Positions 10,398 through 23,443 of a stretch of 64,000 nt of DNA are shown here, piece by piece. Position 1 is the first letter of the stretch, and each line of letters starts with the position of its first letter. The position numbers and the translations under genes are program-made. The notes under the pieces are model-generated. The model was not told the DNA's origin, searched no databases, and saw only the letters and a program-made list of their open reading frames with translations. Source of the stretch: Lama guanicoe (lineage: Eukaryota); NCBI GenBank assembly GCA_013239625.1, contig MU053629.1:716676-780675 (forward strand), written 5' to 3'.

Positions 10398-13300
10398 GTG
10401 AGGAGGGGCGTGGGCCAGGGTGGGGCTGGGGAGGAGCTAATGTGGGCACAGAGCATCCTTTGCTCAGGAAAACCCCTCTTAGAGAGTCATGCAGGCCCCA
10501 CTGGTGAGCCTGGGTCTGAAGTGAGGCCGTGTCTCACCGCTCCAGAACACAAGATGCGAATGTGGTCTGGAGGAAGGTGCACTTGGCATGCAGGAGAGCC
10601 CAGCTTTCTCGCTGCGCCAGAGAGGCGAGACCAGTGTGAAAGAGGGGTGGGTGGGCCGAGTGAGGGGCAAAACAGGTGGGACAGAGAGAGCCACCTCTGA
10701 AAGAGGAGCTGGAGGTCCTGTTAGGAAGACCCCAGTCCACCCTGCAAGGACAAGGAACTCTCCTGAAACAGCCGGACTAGCCTCCGTGAGAAGCTGAAAC
10801 ATCACTGTGGCTACAGGAGACCTACTGGCCTCTCCTGACTTCCCCAGGCCTTCAGTGAATGGCTTAGACCACACTGAGAATGACACTTCCCTTCCTCTGA
10901 TGACCTTCCACCAGCCTGGCGTGCCCGGGTGGGAGCTCAGGCTGGCACCAGCTCCCAGTTCTTAGGGTGGCTTGTCTTCCCCCAGGCATGGGGAACCAAC
11001 AAGTATATCCAGTGTGCATCTGTCCCCTTCCAGTCCTGGGAGCCATGTTTAGAACTGGGGTGGGTCTTGGGGAGAGCTTGTTCGGGAGCCACCAACACCC
11101 CAAAAGAGAAGTGACGATGGCTCCCTTCGCTTCATTGCCCTTGCTCCTCCCCAAACCTAAAAAAAGAAAGGGTGGAGGCTACTTTCACACATACAGTACG
11201 TGTTCCTTGAAGACTAGCAAGCCTTTTGTCTGCTGGGCATAGACATTTTTCTCTTTTCGTGCAACCATGTGAGGCTGGCAGAGCAAAGGAATGACCCAAG
11301 ACCCAAAGAAGTTCAGGGGCCTGGTTGAGGTCCCCCGGCTACTAATGACAGACCAGGGACCAAACCCCATTTATTATTCCCCGTTCTGCGCGTTCTTGCA
11401 TTTCACTGCCTTCGTATACATAAATTACCTTCTGATGTTAAGCGTTTCAGGCCTTTGAAGGGGGCATCACATTTATTCTTCACCCAAGTAACTGCGGTCA
11501 ATGCAAAAGGATTATCTTTTTGTGAGAGTTGCCAGTCTGGGGTTACTAACATGGGGCTCCCAAAACCTGAACTCTCGTGGGTAGAAACCAGCACATGGCC
11601 CACGGGCCAAGGCGGGAACATCTCAGACAGTCCACGTTCACAGGCATGAGCCTCCCCAGCCAAACCAGCCGTCAGAGTTAGCATGTGAAGTGTTCAGCCC
11701 ATGAACATGCTTAGCAGGAAATTCAGCATAAAGAGAATGAAGCCAGCAGGGCTCCCAAAAGGTGTCTTTTTCTTAATGGGATGATCTGCACCTTGTCACA
11801 TGTTGTCATACCCGAACGTGAGGAAGCAGAGTGGAGGAAGGCTTCGGCTTGGGTTTAGAACCCTTGAGTTCAAATTCCAGCTCTGCCAGGTGAGTGACTG
11901 CACGACCACCGTCTCATCCGGGCTCCAGTTTCCTCAGCTGCTAGGAGGGCGTTGGTTCAGGGCTGAGTGAGACTGTCGGGAGCCCGGGGCTCTGGCTGAG
12001 CTCACGTCTGCACGTGCTTCATTGACATCCTCCTGGACGGCACCGTCCTGGCCGAGCGGGGCTGCGCGGATGCGGCAACAGCGCCCTCATGGCTTCCTAC
12101 AGCGGGACTCTCCCCTGACACCCCGTTTCTCCTTGTCTCTCTCTTTCGTGCTTTTGTTTTCGTCTTGTTCATTTGGTACTGGGATCCGCTTTTAATGTGA
12201 AGGATCCTCACTTTGCCCCTTCTCTCCAGTTGTTTCTTGGTCAAACCGTATCTTTTCCTGCACCTGCGCCGTGCTGACAGCTGACCCAGCGTCGGTAGGT
12301 CCGGGCCCCTGCGCACCTGTGCTCTGGGTGAACCATTTAACAAGATGTCACTCTGGAGGGGGTCCCCTTGCTGTGGCACCTCCGACAAATCCACGAAGCC
12401 GATGGAAAGGAGGCAGCCGCCTTTAAGGCCCTGAGTGGAGTGGAGATCTCTGTTGCCCTCCTCGGCACAAAGACAGGGTAGGCCGCGGAAAAGAGGTCTC
12501 TCTTCCTGAGAAACCAGGTGCCGGCATTTGTCTTCAGAAGCTTCTCCCCAAACAGAAAGCCAAGGGAGCCTTTATAGGCTCCCCTCCTTGACCTCAAGCC
12601 AACCTGAGAGCTCTTCCCAAGGACTGGGCACCCGGTGCTGCGTCCACCAAAGTGCTTCCTCTCTGCTCCCCACTCCCCTCACCATGCCCACCTTGTGCTG
12701 GTGAGCAAAAGAGGACAGGGCCTCCTGAGGGGGCAGGGGCATGGTTGGCCTCTTTGCCCAGGAGGAGGCCAAGGGGTCCAGGGCCTCAGTGCACATTAGG
12801 GAAGACCTCCGAGCCGTTCCCAGGCTGTGCATTCAGAGACCCCAGCTTTACAGCCACCTAATTTCTGTGTCAGGCAGGAGCCCTAGTGATGATCAGCAGG
12901 AAGAGTACGTACCGCAGGGAGACGCCACATCACATGTAACTTGGGAGGGTTCACGTTGGGGGCAGAGGTTGTTAGTAGGGGGAGCGGTGGTCTTTATGGG
13001 AAGACACATGGCAGCAGGTGACCGCAGTATCTGCATCCAGGAAAGAAAGTCAGCCTAAACTGGAACCAGAACAGATCTTAAGATAGTCCTCCTGGATCCC
13101 TTGTAAAACTGACTTCTTGTTTTTGTTGACCAAAGAGAATTAATAAGATTTCTGAAAGCTGAAGAAAGGCTAGATCGCTGCCCAGTTTTTGCAAAAGGGG
13201 AACGAGAACAGTAGAAATGAAGGTTTGGAGAAAGCGTCCAGGAATTCAGAGGAACGAGTTGAGGTCACCCTCGGGTGGTGCAAGGAAGGTTAGCGATTGT

Positions 13301-14339
13301 CTTCAGCAGCTGCTTTGCTTAACTTTAGACAATTGAAACGGCAGAGAGAATCATGCAGCTTTAACCTGGTTCAGTTCAAGTATCCTGGAGCCAAGGCTCC
13401 TTCACCTTTTTTGACTGGCTTATATATTTTAGTTTTACTTTAGAAAAAAATTAAAAACACAAAAAACCGTATCAACATTTGTATGTCTACCATCTATAAC
13501 TAATTTTGGTAATGTTTTGTCTTCTTTGGTTCAGACCCTTATTTAAAGAAATATATCAATAATAATTAATTCTGTGTCCATTACCAACACCATTCTCCTT
13601 TTTCTCTAGCTGGGCTCAAATAACTGTCACGATTTCAGCTTTCTTAACGTTTCGTGGCTCTTGGGCCCCCTTGAGCTGAAAGCTCATTTCCCACTTCCCC
13701 TTCATCAGAGAAACATCAACACAAATGTCCCTTAAACTGTTAAGAGGGTCCCAGCTGGATCCTCTTGGAAATTAAGACACTCCAAATCAAGAACCCCTCC
13801 TTGGGGACTTTCTTTTTTTTTTGAGAATCCAGTGAACAGTCAGCAAACAGTGGGGTCTGATTTAGGTAGAGCCCTGTCCTTGCTGCCCTGGGAGCTGCTT
13901 TATGAAACCGTAGACGTGCCTGCTGGGGCAGTGTCAGCCTCCTGCGTTTGCTGTCGGCTGGTTTATCGCGGGGAATTTGTTCTGCAGGGTGAGCAGCAGC
14001 CCCTTGGCCTCTGCAGCGACTGCAGTTCAATATTGCTGCTGACCTGCAACACGAGACCTTTGACAGGGTTACATTAGCCCTGCTCCCACCAGCAGAACTT
14101 TAATTTGGTTCTGTCTGTTGCCTGCTATTAGAGATCACGTTGACTTAATTGCAGAATAAAAACAGAACTCCTTTGCTCCTACCTTATGTGAATGGGGTGC
14201 TTTACCGTGGGGCCGTTCCCTTTCTTAGAGCCAGAGTGTGCACAGAGGTGGTTCTCTCTCTCCATCAAGGCTCTTTTAAAGACAGACATCCTTCACCACT
14301 CTGCTTTGCTGATTGAAGTGAGTCTCCCCACCACGCCCT

Positions 14340-15202
14340 GAACTTTTGTGTCAGCTTTGCTGAGGCTTACAATACAACTACAACTAACATGCAATAAACA
14401 CATATTTAAAGTGTACAATTTGAATATTGCTCTCCAAATACATCTGTGAAAGCATCGCCACAATCAGAATAATGAATATACCCATTGCTCCTCAGAATTC
14501 CTAGGAAAGCACTGATCTGCTTTTTGTTGTTACAGATTTGTTGGCATTTTCTAGACTTTTATATGAAAGAAACTATATAGCATGTGCCCTTTTTTGTCTG
14601 TCTTCTTTTACTCGGCATCAGTATTTCCAATTCTGTCCATGTTGTTATGTGTACCAATAACTTGTCCCCTTTCATTGCTAGTAGTAGGCCGTCACATGGA
14701 TATGTCATAATTGTTCATCTGTTCACCTGTTGATGGACATTGGGGTTGTTTCCAGGTTTGATTATTACAACTAAAGCTGCCAAGAATGTCTTGTATACAA
14801 ATCTTTCTGCCTGTATGTGTTCATTTCTCTTGGATACATAACCTAGAAGTGGAATATTTATATCATAGAGTGGGTATATTTTTAACTTCTTAGGAAATTA
14901 CCAAATTCTTTTTTTAAGTGGTTATTCCCACCAGCTGGATATGAGAGTTCCAGTGTCTCCTTGTCTTTGTGAGCACTTAGAATGGTCAGCCTTTAATTTT
15001 AGCCATTCTAGTGGATATCTAGTTGTATCTTACCACCTTTCCTGTATTTGTGACATTGAGTACCTTTCCTGTACCTGTTTTCTGTAATGTCTTCTTAAAT
15101 GAATTGTCTGTTCAGATCTTTTGCCATTTGTATTGGGTTTTTGTCTTTTAGGCTTTTGACTTTTAGGCTTCTTTATATTTTCTAGATAGGAGTTCTTTGT
15201 CA
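14340..15202 (-). mobile_element. Old L1 (L1M-type) 3' portion, interrupted by an ERV; appears to resume at ~16660-16720
   Basis: Typical antisense L1 text (gttcacctgttgatggacattggggttgtttccagg; gagagttccagt; tttaattttagccattcta). Confidence 0.8.
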
Positions 15203-15660
15203 TGTCAATGAAAAAAATGAACAGCAGTCTAAGAAAGAAATGAAAAATTTCATTTGAGCCAACCTGAGGATTGTAGCCTAGGAGACAGTCTCAGAGAGCT
15301 CGGGGAAGGGGGCAAGGTCAGTGTATCTGTGGTTTTGGCAAAGGTGTGTGTGCTGTTCAAGAACATCTCTCAGCAGAAGACTGCTGCCGGTCACGAGGAA
15401 CAGACATGTTAGTTGATGGTTTTAGTGCTTTTCTAAGTATGGAAAGATGCAAAAATCCAGGTTGTAAAAAATTTCTAAAAATATCTAACTGTCTGAGGGC
15501 CAGTTCTGTCAGTTTTCCCAGAGCATAAAGTACTTCATCCTGAGCTTCTCCCTGAATTTCTTTCGGAATCTATTGTAGGTCGTCACACATGACCCACACA
15601 CAGTGGGTCATGACTTAATTCTTACAGAACCAGATGGTGGACAACATGCTTTATTTTACA
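15203..15660 (-). mobile_element. ERV 3' LTR (~458 bp)
   Basis: On the minus strand it starts TGTAAAATAA at 15660, ends CATTGACA at 15203, and is immediately preceded by the polypurine tract AAGACTGAAAGGGAAAGGAC (15661-15680). Confidence 0.7.
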
Positions 15661-16655
15661 GTCCTTTCCCTTTCAGTCTTAACTTAGACCAAGAGTTGGA
15701 AGGCATTTTGTGACCAATTTGTTCCACGACACTGGGAATGTTCACTCCCAAGTCAGACGAGGATCTCATTGATAGGCCTCTCGGGGTACTATTACTAGAC
15801 TAGACCTTGTTAACAGTATCCAAAGGCCTCTGGACTGTCTGTCTCACTAGTCTGTTATGGTCCAAGAAATGGTTCCCTCTTATTGTTTCTTCCCATGTCT
15901 CGAATTACACTATTAAAATCATTGATCTTATGGAACTATATATTTGGTCAATCATTTTAAGTCACCTAATCATCATTAATTTTATCTGAGGCTCAGTCAC
16001 ACATTTGGTAATGCAAGAAACAATAATCTTGCAAAATTGGCAGAATACAAGTAATATAGCTAGTAACATTCATAAGGTCATAAATGGGGGAGAGGGTATA
16101 GCTCAGTGGTTAGAGTGCCTCCTTAGCATGCATGACGTCCTGGGTTCAATCCCCAGTACCTCCATCAAGAAATGAATAAATAAACCTAATTACCTCCTCT
16201 CCTAAAAAAAAAAAAAAGACTACAATAAGGTCCTAAGTAAATATATAAGTGAAGAATTTCCATTAGATGCGGCCCAGTATCTCCCCAGTTTGTCTGAACA
16301 GTCTGTCCTGCACCAGTCAATACCTTTAAGGGGAATGATACGTTGTCATCGTACATAGAGTTCACCCAAGATGTCTGGGTGTACAGGGTGAGTGGTGGGT
16401 CATCGTGACCCCTTACGGGATTAAGAAAGGAATGTTACCTTCTAAGGAGTTACATGGCTGACATCAGGAGAGGAAAAATTGATCTTTGTGGCTGAGCAGG
16501 TGTTTCTGCTGTTGGGGTGGTCTGGCTAACACATAATGCACATTCACAATGTGCACTGGAGGGGAGGGGAGGGAGGAGGCCAAAGGGCAGAGAAGTTTTA
16601 TGTTGAAATTTTGTTGCCTTGCTTTAAAATGTGGATTTTTATTTCATCACTCAAA
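15661..16655 (-). mobile_element. ERV internal remnant (env 3' end-like) upstream of the 3' LTR
   Basis: Adjacent to the PPT; a minus-strand hydrophobic stretch LLAILLVFCQFCKIIVSCITKCV near 15990-16070 resembles an env transmembrane/cytoplasmic tail. No 5' LTR seen. Confidence 0.5.
16086..16224 (+). mobile_element. tRNA-derived SINE (camelid Vic-1-like)
   Basis: A box tatagctcagtggttagag, B box gggttcaatccc, A-rich tail; degenerate TSD ataaggtcataaat (16072-16085) / ataaggtcctaagt (16225-16238). Confidence 0.88.
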
Positions 16656-17554
16656 TATTTTTCCTGCAAAGACTTTCTCATAGGATGTCTTTTATATTTT
16701 CATTTCATAATAGTGTCTTGAGGGGTGGGGGACAAATGTATATTAAAAAAGAAAATGCAGCAATGCAGAGATTTGAGAAAACATAGAAAAAAGTACAGGT
16801 AGAACTTGGATAAATATGAAAGTAAAACTAAAATGTGTCTTACGTCTGAAATAGTAAACATTTAGGACCACTTGTTTTGCTTATTTAATAGATAAGTAAA
16901 CTGAGGCTTAGAGAGAGAATAAGTAACTGGATCATAGTTACTCATGTGCATTGACTCTGGAACCTACGTGTAACTCCGTTGTCTGCCCACTGGCTGTGTT
17001 AGAAGTAAAAGGCACCAGCCAGAACCCTCTGCCCCACCCCGCCTCTCTGTGGTTCTGGTGCTCTTTTGGAACTGGTCTCGGATGCCATCATATTAGGACC
17101 TGTCTCCAGTAGTGTGTTGGTCTATTTTTCACTCATCCATTCATTTGTTCACCCATTCACAGCTTTGTACTGAGTTAATACCTGCATGGTGATATGTGTA
17201 GGTAGGTCCTAGGATGAGAGGATGAGAAAAACAGAGCAGCTGAAATCATAGAACAGTAGCAAATATAAAAGTCAGTAGATGGCAAGAGGAAGGAGGGTAA
17301 GGTAGATGCATGTGAAGCGATGCTCAGAAATCTTTAATCAGTCCAAGTGCATAACATAATGTCTTCTATGCACAAGCATGCCTGAGCCTGGTCAGAGTGT
17401 GACTATTAATTCCCCCAACTCCAGAATTCTTAGCAAGCTTCCCTTAAAGTTCCCTTACAGTTTTAGGGCCTGAAAGACATCTTTTCCAGATTTGTGAGAA
17501 AGAGTATGATACCTGGCCAGGTGAAAAGGGAATGGGACACCAAGAAAGGAATTA

Positions 17555-17745
17555 CCATCTAATGAATGCCTACTGTGTTCCAGGCGTTGTACAGGATACT
17601 TCTTGTGTGTTACTCCGTTTGATTTTTATGCCAGTCCTGAGGAGTAGGCATTATCTCAGGGTTACAGATGAGAAAACAGGTTCTGAGGGGTTCAGTCATC
17701 TGCCCAGTTTCACAAACCAGGAGCAGGTGAAACCAGGTTTGAAGA
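17555..17745 (-). mobile_element. MIR SINE
   Basis: Core ttacagatgagaaaacaggttctgagggg...tgcccagtttcaca. Confidence 0.7.
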
Positions 17746-17996
17746 GGAATTTCAGGATTAGGGAGGAACCAGATGGTGTAAGTCAGATGTAAATCCATGG
17801 TGGAGGACAGTGAGGAACTCTCATCCCATTTTTACGTTCCATTCTTGAATGAATCTGAGAAGAAATCAGCTGAGATGTCCTTCAAGTTGGATTGGGGATT
17901 GGATTTCCAGTATCCTTTTTAACGCCATGAAAAAAAACCAAAAGCAAAAGATAAATTTAAAAACCTCTTTAAACTAGTTTTGAAAGAAGGAAAATC

Positions 17997-18104
17997 GGGT
18001 ATATAGCTCAATGGTAGAATGCACGCTTAGTATGCATGAGGTCCTGGGTTCAATCCGCAGTACTTCCACTTAAAAAAAGAAAGAAAGAAAAGGCTAAAAA
18101 AATA
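17997..18104 (+). mobile_element. tRNA-derived SINE (camelid Vic-1-like)
   Basis: A/B boxes and A-rich tail; perfect 14-bp TSD aaagaaggaaaatc at 17983-17996 and 18105-18118. Confidence 0.9.
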
Positions 18105-18630
18105 AAAGAAGGAAAATCCTCAAGGCTTCTCCCAGGAGAGCTTGCAGTCCAGACCCTGGAAAGGGACTGCTCTTTGAGGAGAACCTCTCCTGATGAGTTG
18201 GCTGTTGCCCTCTTGGGGAATCTTTCTCCATGACCTCACCTGAGTCACATACTTCGTCACATTTGCTTTGTCACAAGCACCAGCCGACCTGCAGCCTTGA
18301 GCTTTCGTGTTCCCTCAGAGCATTCTTACACTTTGGGTAATTCTCGTGTGTGTATATTTGTTTTAGGTACAAGTAAAAGGACAAATAAGAATTTTATCTC
18401 CCTTAGGATCTTAGGAAAATGTCAGAAAGACCTTAGGGAAACCCCTGGTTCCCAACTTTTCATTTCTCACGTGAGGGAACTGAAGGCCAGTGAGTCTTAC
18501 CTGTTTGCCCCTAAGTTTCTGAAGTCACTTGGTGACAGCTGCAACTTCGAATGGGGATGTCCACCTCTCTGTCCACCAGCAAGAGTGTGCCTCCTGTCCC
18601 TTAGGCGTTTGACCTGTGTTTCACCCGTAG

Positions 18631-18736
18631 ATTCTTCAGAAGCCAACCCCGGAACTCAAGCACCAGCTGGCTGCTTTCTCCAAGCGGGTCGCCGGCGCCG
18701 TGACCGAGCTCATCCAGGCAGCGGAGGCCATGAAAG
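18631..18736 (+). CDS. TLN2: Talin-2 coding exon (106 nt, ILQKPTPELKHQLAAFSKRVAGAVTELIQAAEAMK, ends in phase 1)
   Basis: Acceptor cccgtag|ATT, donor AAAG|gtaggc; its phase is completed by the next exon (106+125=231 nt). Confidence 0.95.
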
Positions 18737-19513
18737 GTAGGCCGGGCGCTCCCGTGTCGCCTCGGGGGGCGGGGTTCGCACGCCGAGCAGAGAGCATGCG
18801 CAGCCGACACGGGCCCTTTCTGGGCAAATGCGGTCAGAAGGAGTACAGTGAGGAACCTTCTAAAAAGCAAATGAAAGTAGAATTAGACTTAAAAAGTAGT
18901 ATCCTTGAGACACGTCTTTTCTCCAGTCTTTGCATTACGTACGCCTACGTAAAAGGCATGATCCATCTAGAACTGCTCACTTCTCTTTCAAGGGTCTGGC
19001 CATTCATTTTTATCGGCCTTTTCGTTTGTCAGAGTATTTATTCTAATTCAAATAATATACTTCATGTATAAACAGTGGTCTCTGGGTACACTGTTTGCAC
19101 CCTGCTTTGTGGTTACGCAGAAGCAATCAGCTCACCAAGAAAAGATTTCCTTATCAGTTTCCCTGTGTTTGAGTTGAGGGGAATGGCTGTTCCTCACGAG
19201 TTCCTTTTAAGTTACAGGTCAGAGTAGACCTCAAGCTGGCCTTGGTCTATGAGACCTCAGTTTTTTGAAGCTGTCAGTGATGGCTGTTCCTGTGGTAGGG
19301 CTGTCTGCACAGCTGATGGAGAAAACCAGGATCAGCATGGTGCCCCCATCCCTGCCCAGCTGATCCTGGGAGAGCTGGCGAGAAGAGCCCTAGGGACAGT
19401 GCAGCTAGTCGGCTGGAGGAGCTCCCTTGCGTGCCAATCCAGTGCTATTTGTAATTAAGTCACTGCCCGAGGTCTGCAGCTACCAAAAATGACCCTCTTT
19501 GGACTGATTTTAG

Positions 19514-19638
19514 GAACAGAGTGGGTGGACCCAGAAGACCCAACCGTCATTGCAGAAACAGAATTACTGGGGGCCGCGGCGTCCATTGAGGCTGCTGCTA
19601 AGAAGTTAGAGCAGCTGAAGCCAAGAGCAAAACCAAAA
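19514..19638 (+). CDS. TLN2: Talin-2 coding exon (125 nt, GTEWVDPEDPTVIAETELLGAAASIEAAAKKLEQLKPRAKPK; start of R13/I-LWEQ)
   Basis: Acceptor tttttag|GA, donor AAA|gtgagt; characteristic talin EWVDPEDPTVIAE motif. Confidence 0.96.
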
Positions 19639-22256
19639 GTGAGTGTCCACGTGTGGCTGCATGATGGTGGCAACAGGCCTTATGGTGGGTGGCTGTGACA
19701 TGGAGCGAGGGGGTGCAGGGAGCGTGTCCCCTGCCCCGTGATGAGACTAGCAAGCTGCAAACCTGTTCTGCCTGCCCAGCGCCTTTTTACAGGGCGTGGA
19801 AAAAATCCGAGGGTGAGTCTTTCAGATTCACCACCCAGAAAAATACCTTTGGGTGTCCAGAGGAAGAATCCAGGTATTTACAATTTTGATTTATAATCTA
19901 TGAAGTCAAGCAGGTGTTGAATGTTTTCTATAGAAAGTCCCTGTTACTGAATGTGAGTTTGTCACCCTCCAATTTTCTGGTATCCACAATGCTTCTTCCA
20001 GAGAAATAGCATTATGCTGGGTCTCTCCTTTTCTTAAAATCAATAGAGGGCAAGGCGAACCTCCAAAGTGGACCCAGTAACAGACTTGTTCAGTACAAGC
20101 TGGAGACTGTGTTTGGCTGGTATATTTTCTCCATCTCTGTCATCTAGATAAGTTTAAAAACTTAATTAGGATTATGAGTGTGTGTTAAGAGAAACAGTTG
20201 TGTAAAGGAAAGAGACACTTTAAGATAGGGCAGTTTAAGAGAGGACAATTATTACATAAAAGGGTGATACGCTGGTGCTGGGCGGGGGGCAAAGCTCAAT
20301 CTGTAAAGAAGCTGTAATCCCCCTGCCCCAGTGGCTGTCTTCACCGGGAAGATGGTGGAACCAGAAGAGGCCTCTTTATCTTTCTATTCAAGCAAGTCCC
20401 TGCTGGTCCCAATAACCTCACCTCCCTCCCAAGGATCCAAATACATTAGGAAATAAAAACTGGCTTTTCTCTTCCAAAAAAGTTGGATTCCTCCAGTTTA
20501 GGTATGCCTAAAACTCTACTTTTTTTTTTTATATATAAAACCAAAGGATGGAGTTTGGGTACTGGAGTTCACCACAGCACTCAACCACAGTTCCTTGACT
20601 GATGTGTGCAAAATCAACATAAGCATACAGTGAATCTGCTAAGCTTGTGGACATTCTTAAAACCATGAAATTCTTAGAACCAATCTCCCAGTCATCGCTC
20701 TAGACTTGGTAAAGGCATTTTTAGAATTTCTCATCAAGATGAAATTTAAGAGCTTTGGCTTCTGGGTTTTGGGTCTACCAGGGTCCTCTGTGCTGGCCTT
20801 AACTGGAGGCTCTTAGGTGGTCTCAGTTGGTCCAAGTTTTTCTCCACAAACTTCAGAGCTAAGTGTAGGTAAAAAGGCAATGCCATTTTCTGGTTATGTC
20901 TGTGTTTCTTCTTTATAAAAGAAGTTCATCGTGAGTGGATGTACTTTCAACTAAGGAGCACCACTGACAGAGAGTTAAAGACTTTACACTTCATTCGTTT
21001 TTCCTTTGCCTTATCTGATCGACCACATACTTTCCTCTCCTGGGAAGGCTGCTGTCTGCTGGTGCTGAAGTCATATCCTTGATGCTTCCTCCTGGAGAAT
21101 TAGCCTGGTGCTGTTAGCATTAACCCTTCACTGCATTCCAAGAGCTGCTGTCCCAGTTCCTTTCCCATTGTCCTTTGCAGGGTCCTTCTGAGTGCTGTCT
21201 GTCTCTGAATTCTGGTTTCCCTCTGTCCAGCCTTTGATTTATCTCATGGTTCTTGATCTGCAACCCAAAGTCATTATAGAGTTCCTCCCCCATAGGATTG
21301 TTGATATAACAATTAAATGAGATAATTTAAGAACACAGTGTCCGACAGACAATATCACCATCATTGAAAGTATGCTTCTGGAACTTTTATCTACTACCTC
21401 CGAGGAAAAATGCCTGAAAGAAATATTATTTCATAGATTCATGAGCTGATGGCCTTAACAAAGAGGAAAAAGAAAGGAAATGCAAAAGGCTCACATTGAT
21501 TGAGCACCAGGTATGTGCTAAGCAACCTTATGGGTGCTTTACCTGGATGAACTCATCTGGTCCTTGGAATAAGTCCATGAGACAGCAGTGTTACCGTCCC
21601 TGCTCTAGGAATGCAGGGTCAGATGGCCTTGACCGAGCTGGGAGCAGCATTGTATGGGCTCTGGATGTCAGTTACAGACCAGACCAGTCCTCTGGGCCTA
21701 CCCAGTGTCAGAAAGTCTGCTGCAGCCCTACAGGGGAAGTGTTTGGTTTCCCGGTACCCTTTGAGCCATTCATCCGACCTCTGGGAATCTGTCCTGAGGA
21801 GGAAATCCAGAGAGAAGAAAAGTTCTGTGTACATAAGAGGATTGTTCCTTGGCATCCTTGTTCATGGTAACAAGAATTTGGATCTGACCTGAGCATCTCC
21901 TTGAAGGAAAAGTATATAGCTGTTAAAAATAATGGTCTTCAGGACTGTGTAGCGTGAGGATGCTTGTGACTTAATATTTAGTGAAAACCAAACAGGGTAC
22001 GGAATTATGTACTCAGTATGATCACAACTTTGTAAAAAAGACACTTGCGTATGAAGGAGACCAGTGGGGAATGTACAGGAATGATGATGGAATTGGGGCC
22101 TTCGGAGGGTCTGTGTTTTAAATTTTATAAAACAACGTTTTAGAAGTAGCAGCAGTTAAAAAATTAGTGATGACTTCTGAAGTCAGCCAGTGGGCACTCC
22201 CTACGCTGCCCCGGGATCATCGAACCTTTGTGTTTATAGTATGGGTGTTTTGGGGG

Positions 22257-22375
22257 TTTTTTTTATTGAAATACAGTCAGTTATAATGTGTCTATTTCCG
22301 CTGTACAGCACAATGTCCCAGTCATGCGTATACATACATATGTTTGTTTTCACATTCTTTTTCATTGGGTTTTTA
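22257..22375 (-). mobile_element. Short 5'-truncated L1 3' end
   Basis: T-run followed by attgaaatacagtcagttataatgtg...tgtacagca, similar to the L1 tail at 46930. Confidence 0.65.
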
Positions 22376-23358
22376 CAGAAAGCTAAGGGTTCCTTCAGTT
22401 AAGGTCAGAGTTGGTGTAACTGTTGATTTGAGTCCTTTGCTTGGGGCACTGATGCGAGGTCACTCCCGTCTTCGTATTAGAAAGGGTGCAGATACATCTA
22501 GCGTGCTGTAGAATGATGTCAGTCTTACTCCACCCCGTCACAGGGGTTCCCGCCACATGGGTCATGCTATCTATAAAACTATGTTAAAGAAACCATCAGC
22601 CCAAACCACAGTTTTTGTGCTTATCTGGAAGTGCCATCTGCTCTGCAGTAATAGCTACATGAAATAAAATATCTTTCTTGACTTCAAGAAAGAATTTTTC
22701 ACCCATTTAAAAAAAAAATCCCAGTCTGACACCAAAATCAACCAGTCTTTTGAAGTTTGCTGGTTCTTTCCATCCCCTTACAAAACTAAAATCAATCGAT
22801 CAATCACAAATCCTCAGGACACTGCGAGTAAGCAGTTGCTATGACATCTCTGTCCCTGGAACTCTGCACACAAAGCCACAGGCACCCACTATCCAGTGAC
22901 TATGCTTTGCTTCCATAACTGGGAAGCGTCTGCACTGCTTTGAGGGATAGCTTTGGGGATGGGCAGTGTTTTTCTTTTAGATTGTTTTGCTCACCACAGC
23001 CTCAGGTTGCCTGTTTTAAAAATAGAATGGTCTGGGGTTTGGGGAAACAATTCTTGCATATTCCCACCTCAGGCCCTTAAAATGTGAGCGCTTCTTTTTG
23101 CCTGGCAACTGGCATTGCCCAGACACAAATAACAAGCTGGCCCTGTCGAATCCATCATTTGCTTGGGAAGATGGTGTAAAGGCAACGTGAGGATGTCGGT
23201 GAGCTCTGGTGCATGTGCCTGCGGTCTCCCCGGTGGCGCCGTTTCCAGACCTGCAGACACCGTGTGCGCACAGACAGGTCCAGGGAGGTGCCGCTGTGGC
23301 GCCTGCAGCCTGCAGGGCTGTGCCTGTTCTCAGCTCAGTCAGACCTGGATGTCTCTTC

Positions 23359-23443
23359 TGCAGGCCTCTGTGTGATATGTTTGATATATTAGGTTGTTAT
23401 TTAATCCAACTATATATCAAACATATTCCTACAGTGTCTTGCC
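23359..23443 (+). ncRNA. MIR190A: microRNA-190a precursor (5p mature TGATATGTTTGATATATTAGGT 23373-23394; 3p CTATATATCAAACATATTCCT 23410-23430)
   Basis: Matches the recalled 85-nt mammalian mir-190a hairpin; arms are complementary; intronic and sense to TLN2, its known host gene. Confidence 0.97.

Noticed and set aside
16086..16165. tRNA-Ala-like sequence (also at 17997, 61808, 63351)
   Set aside because: Broken acceptor and anticodon stems, A-rich tails and TSDs mark these as SINEs, not tRNA genes.
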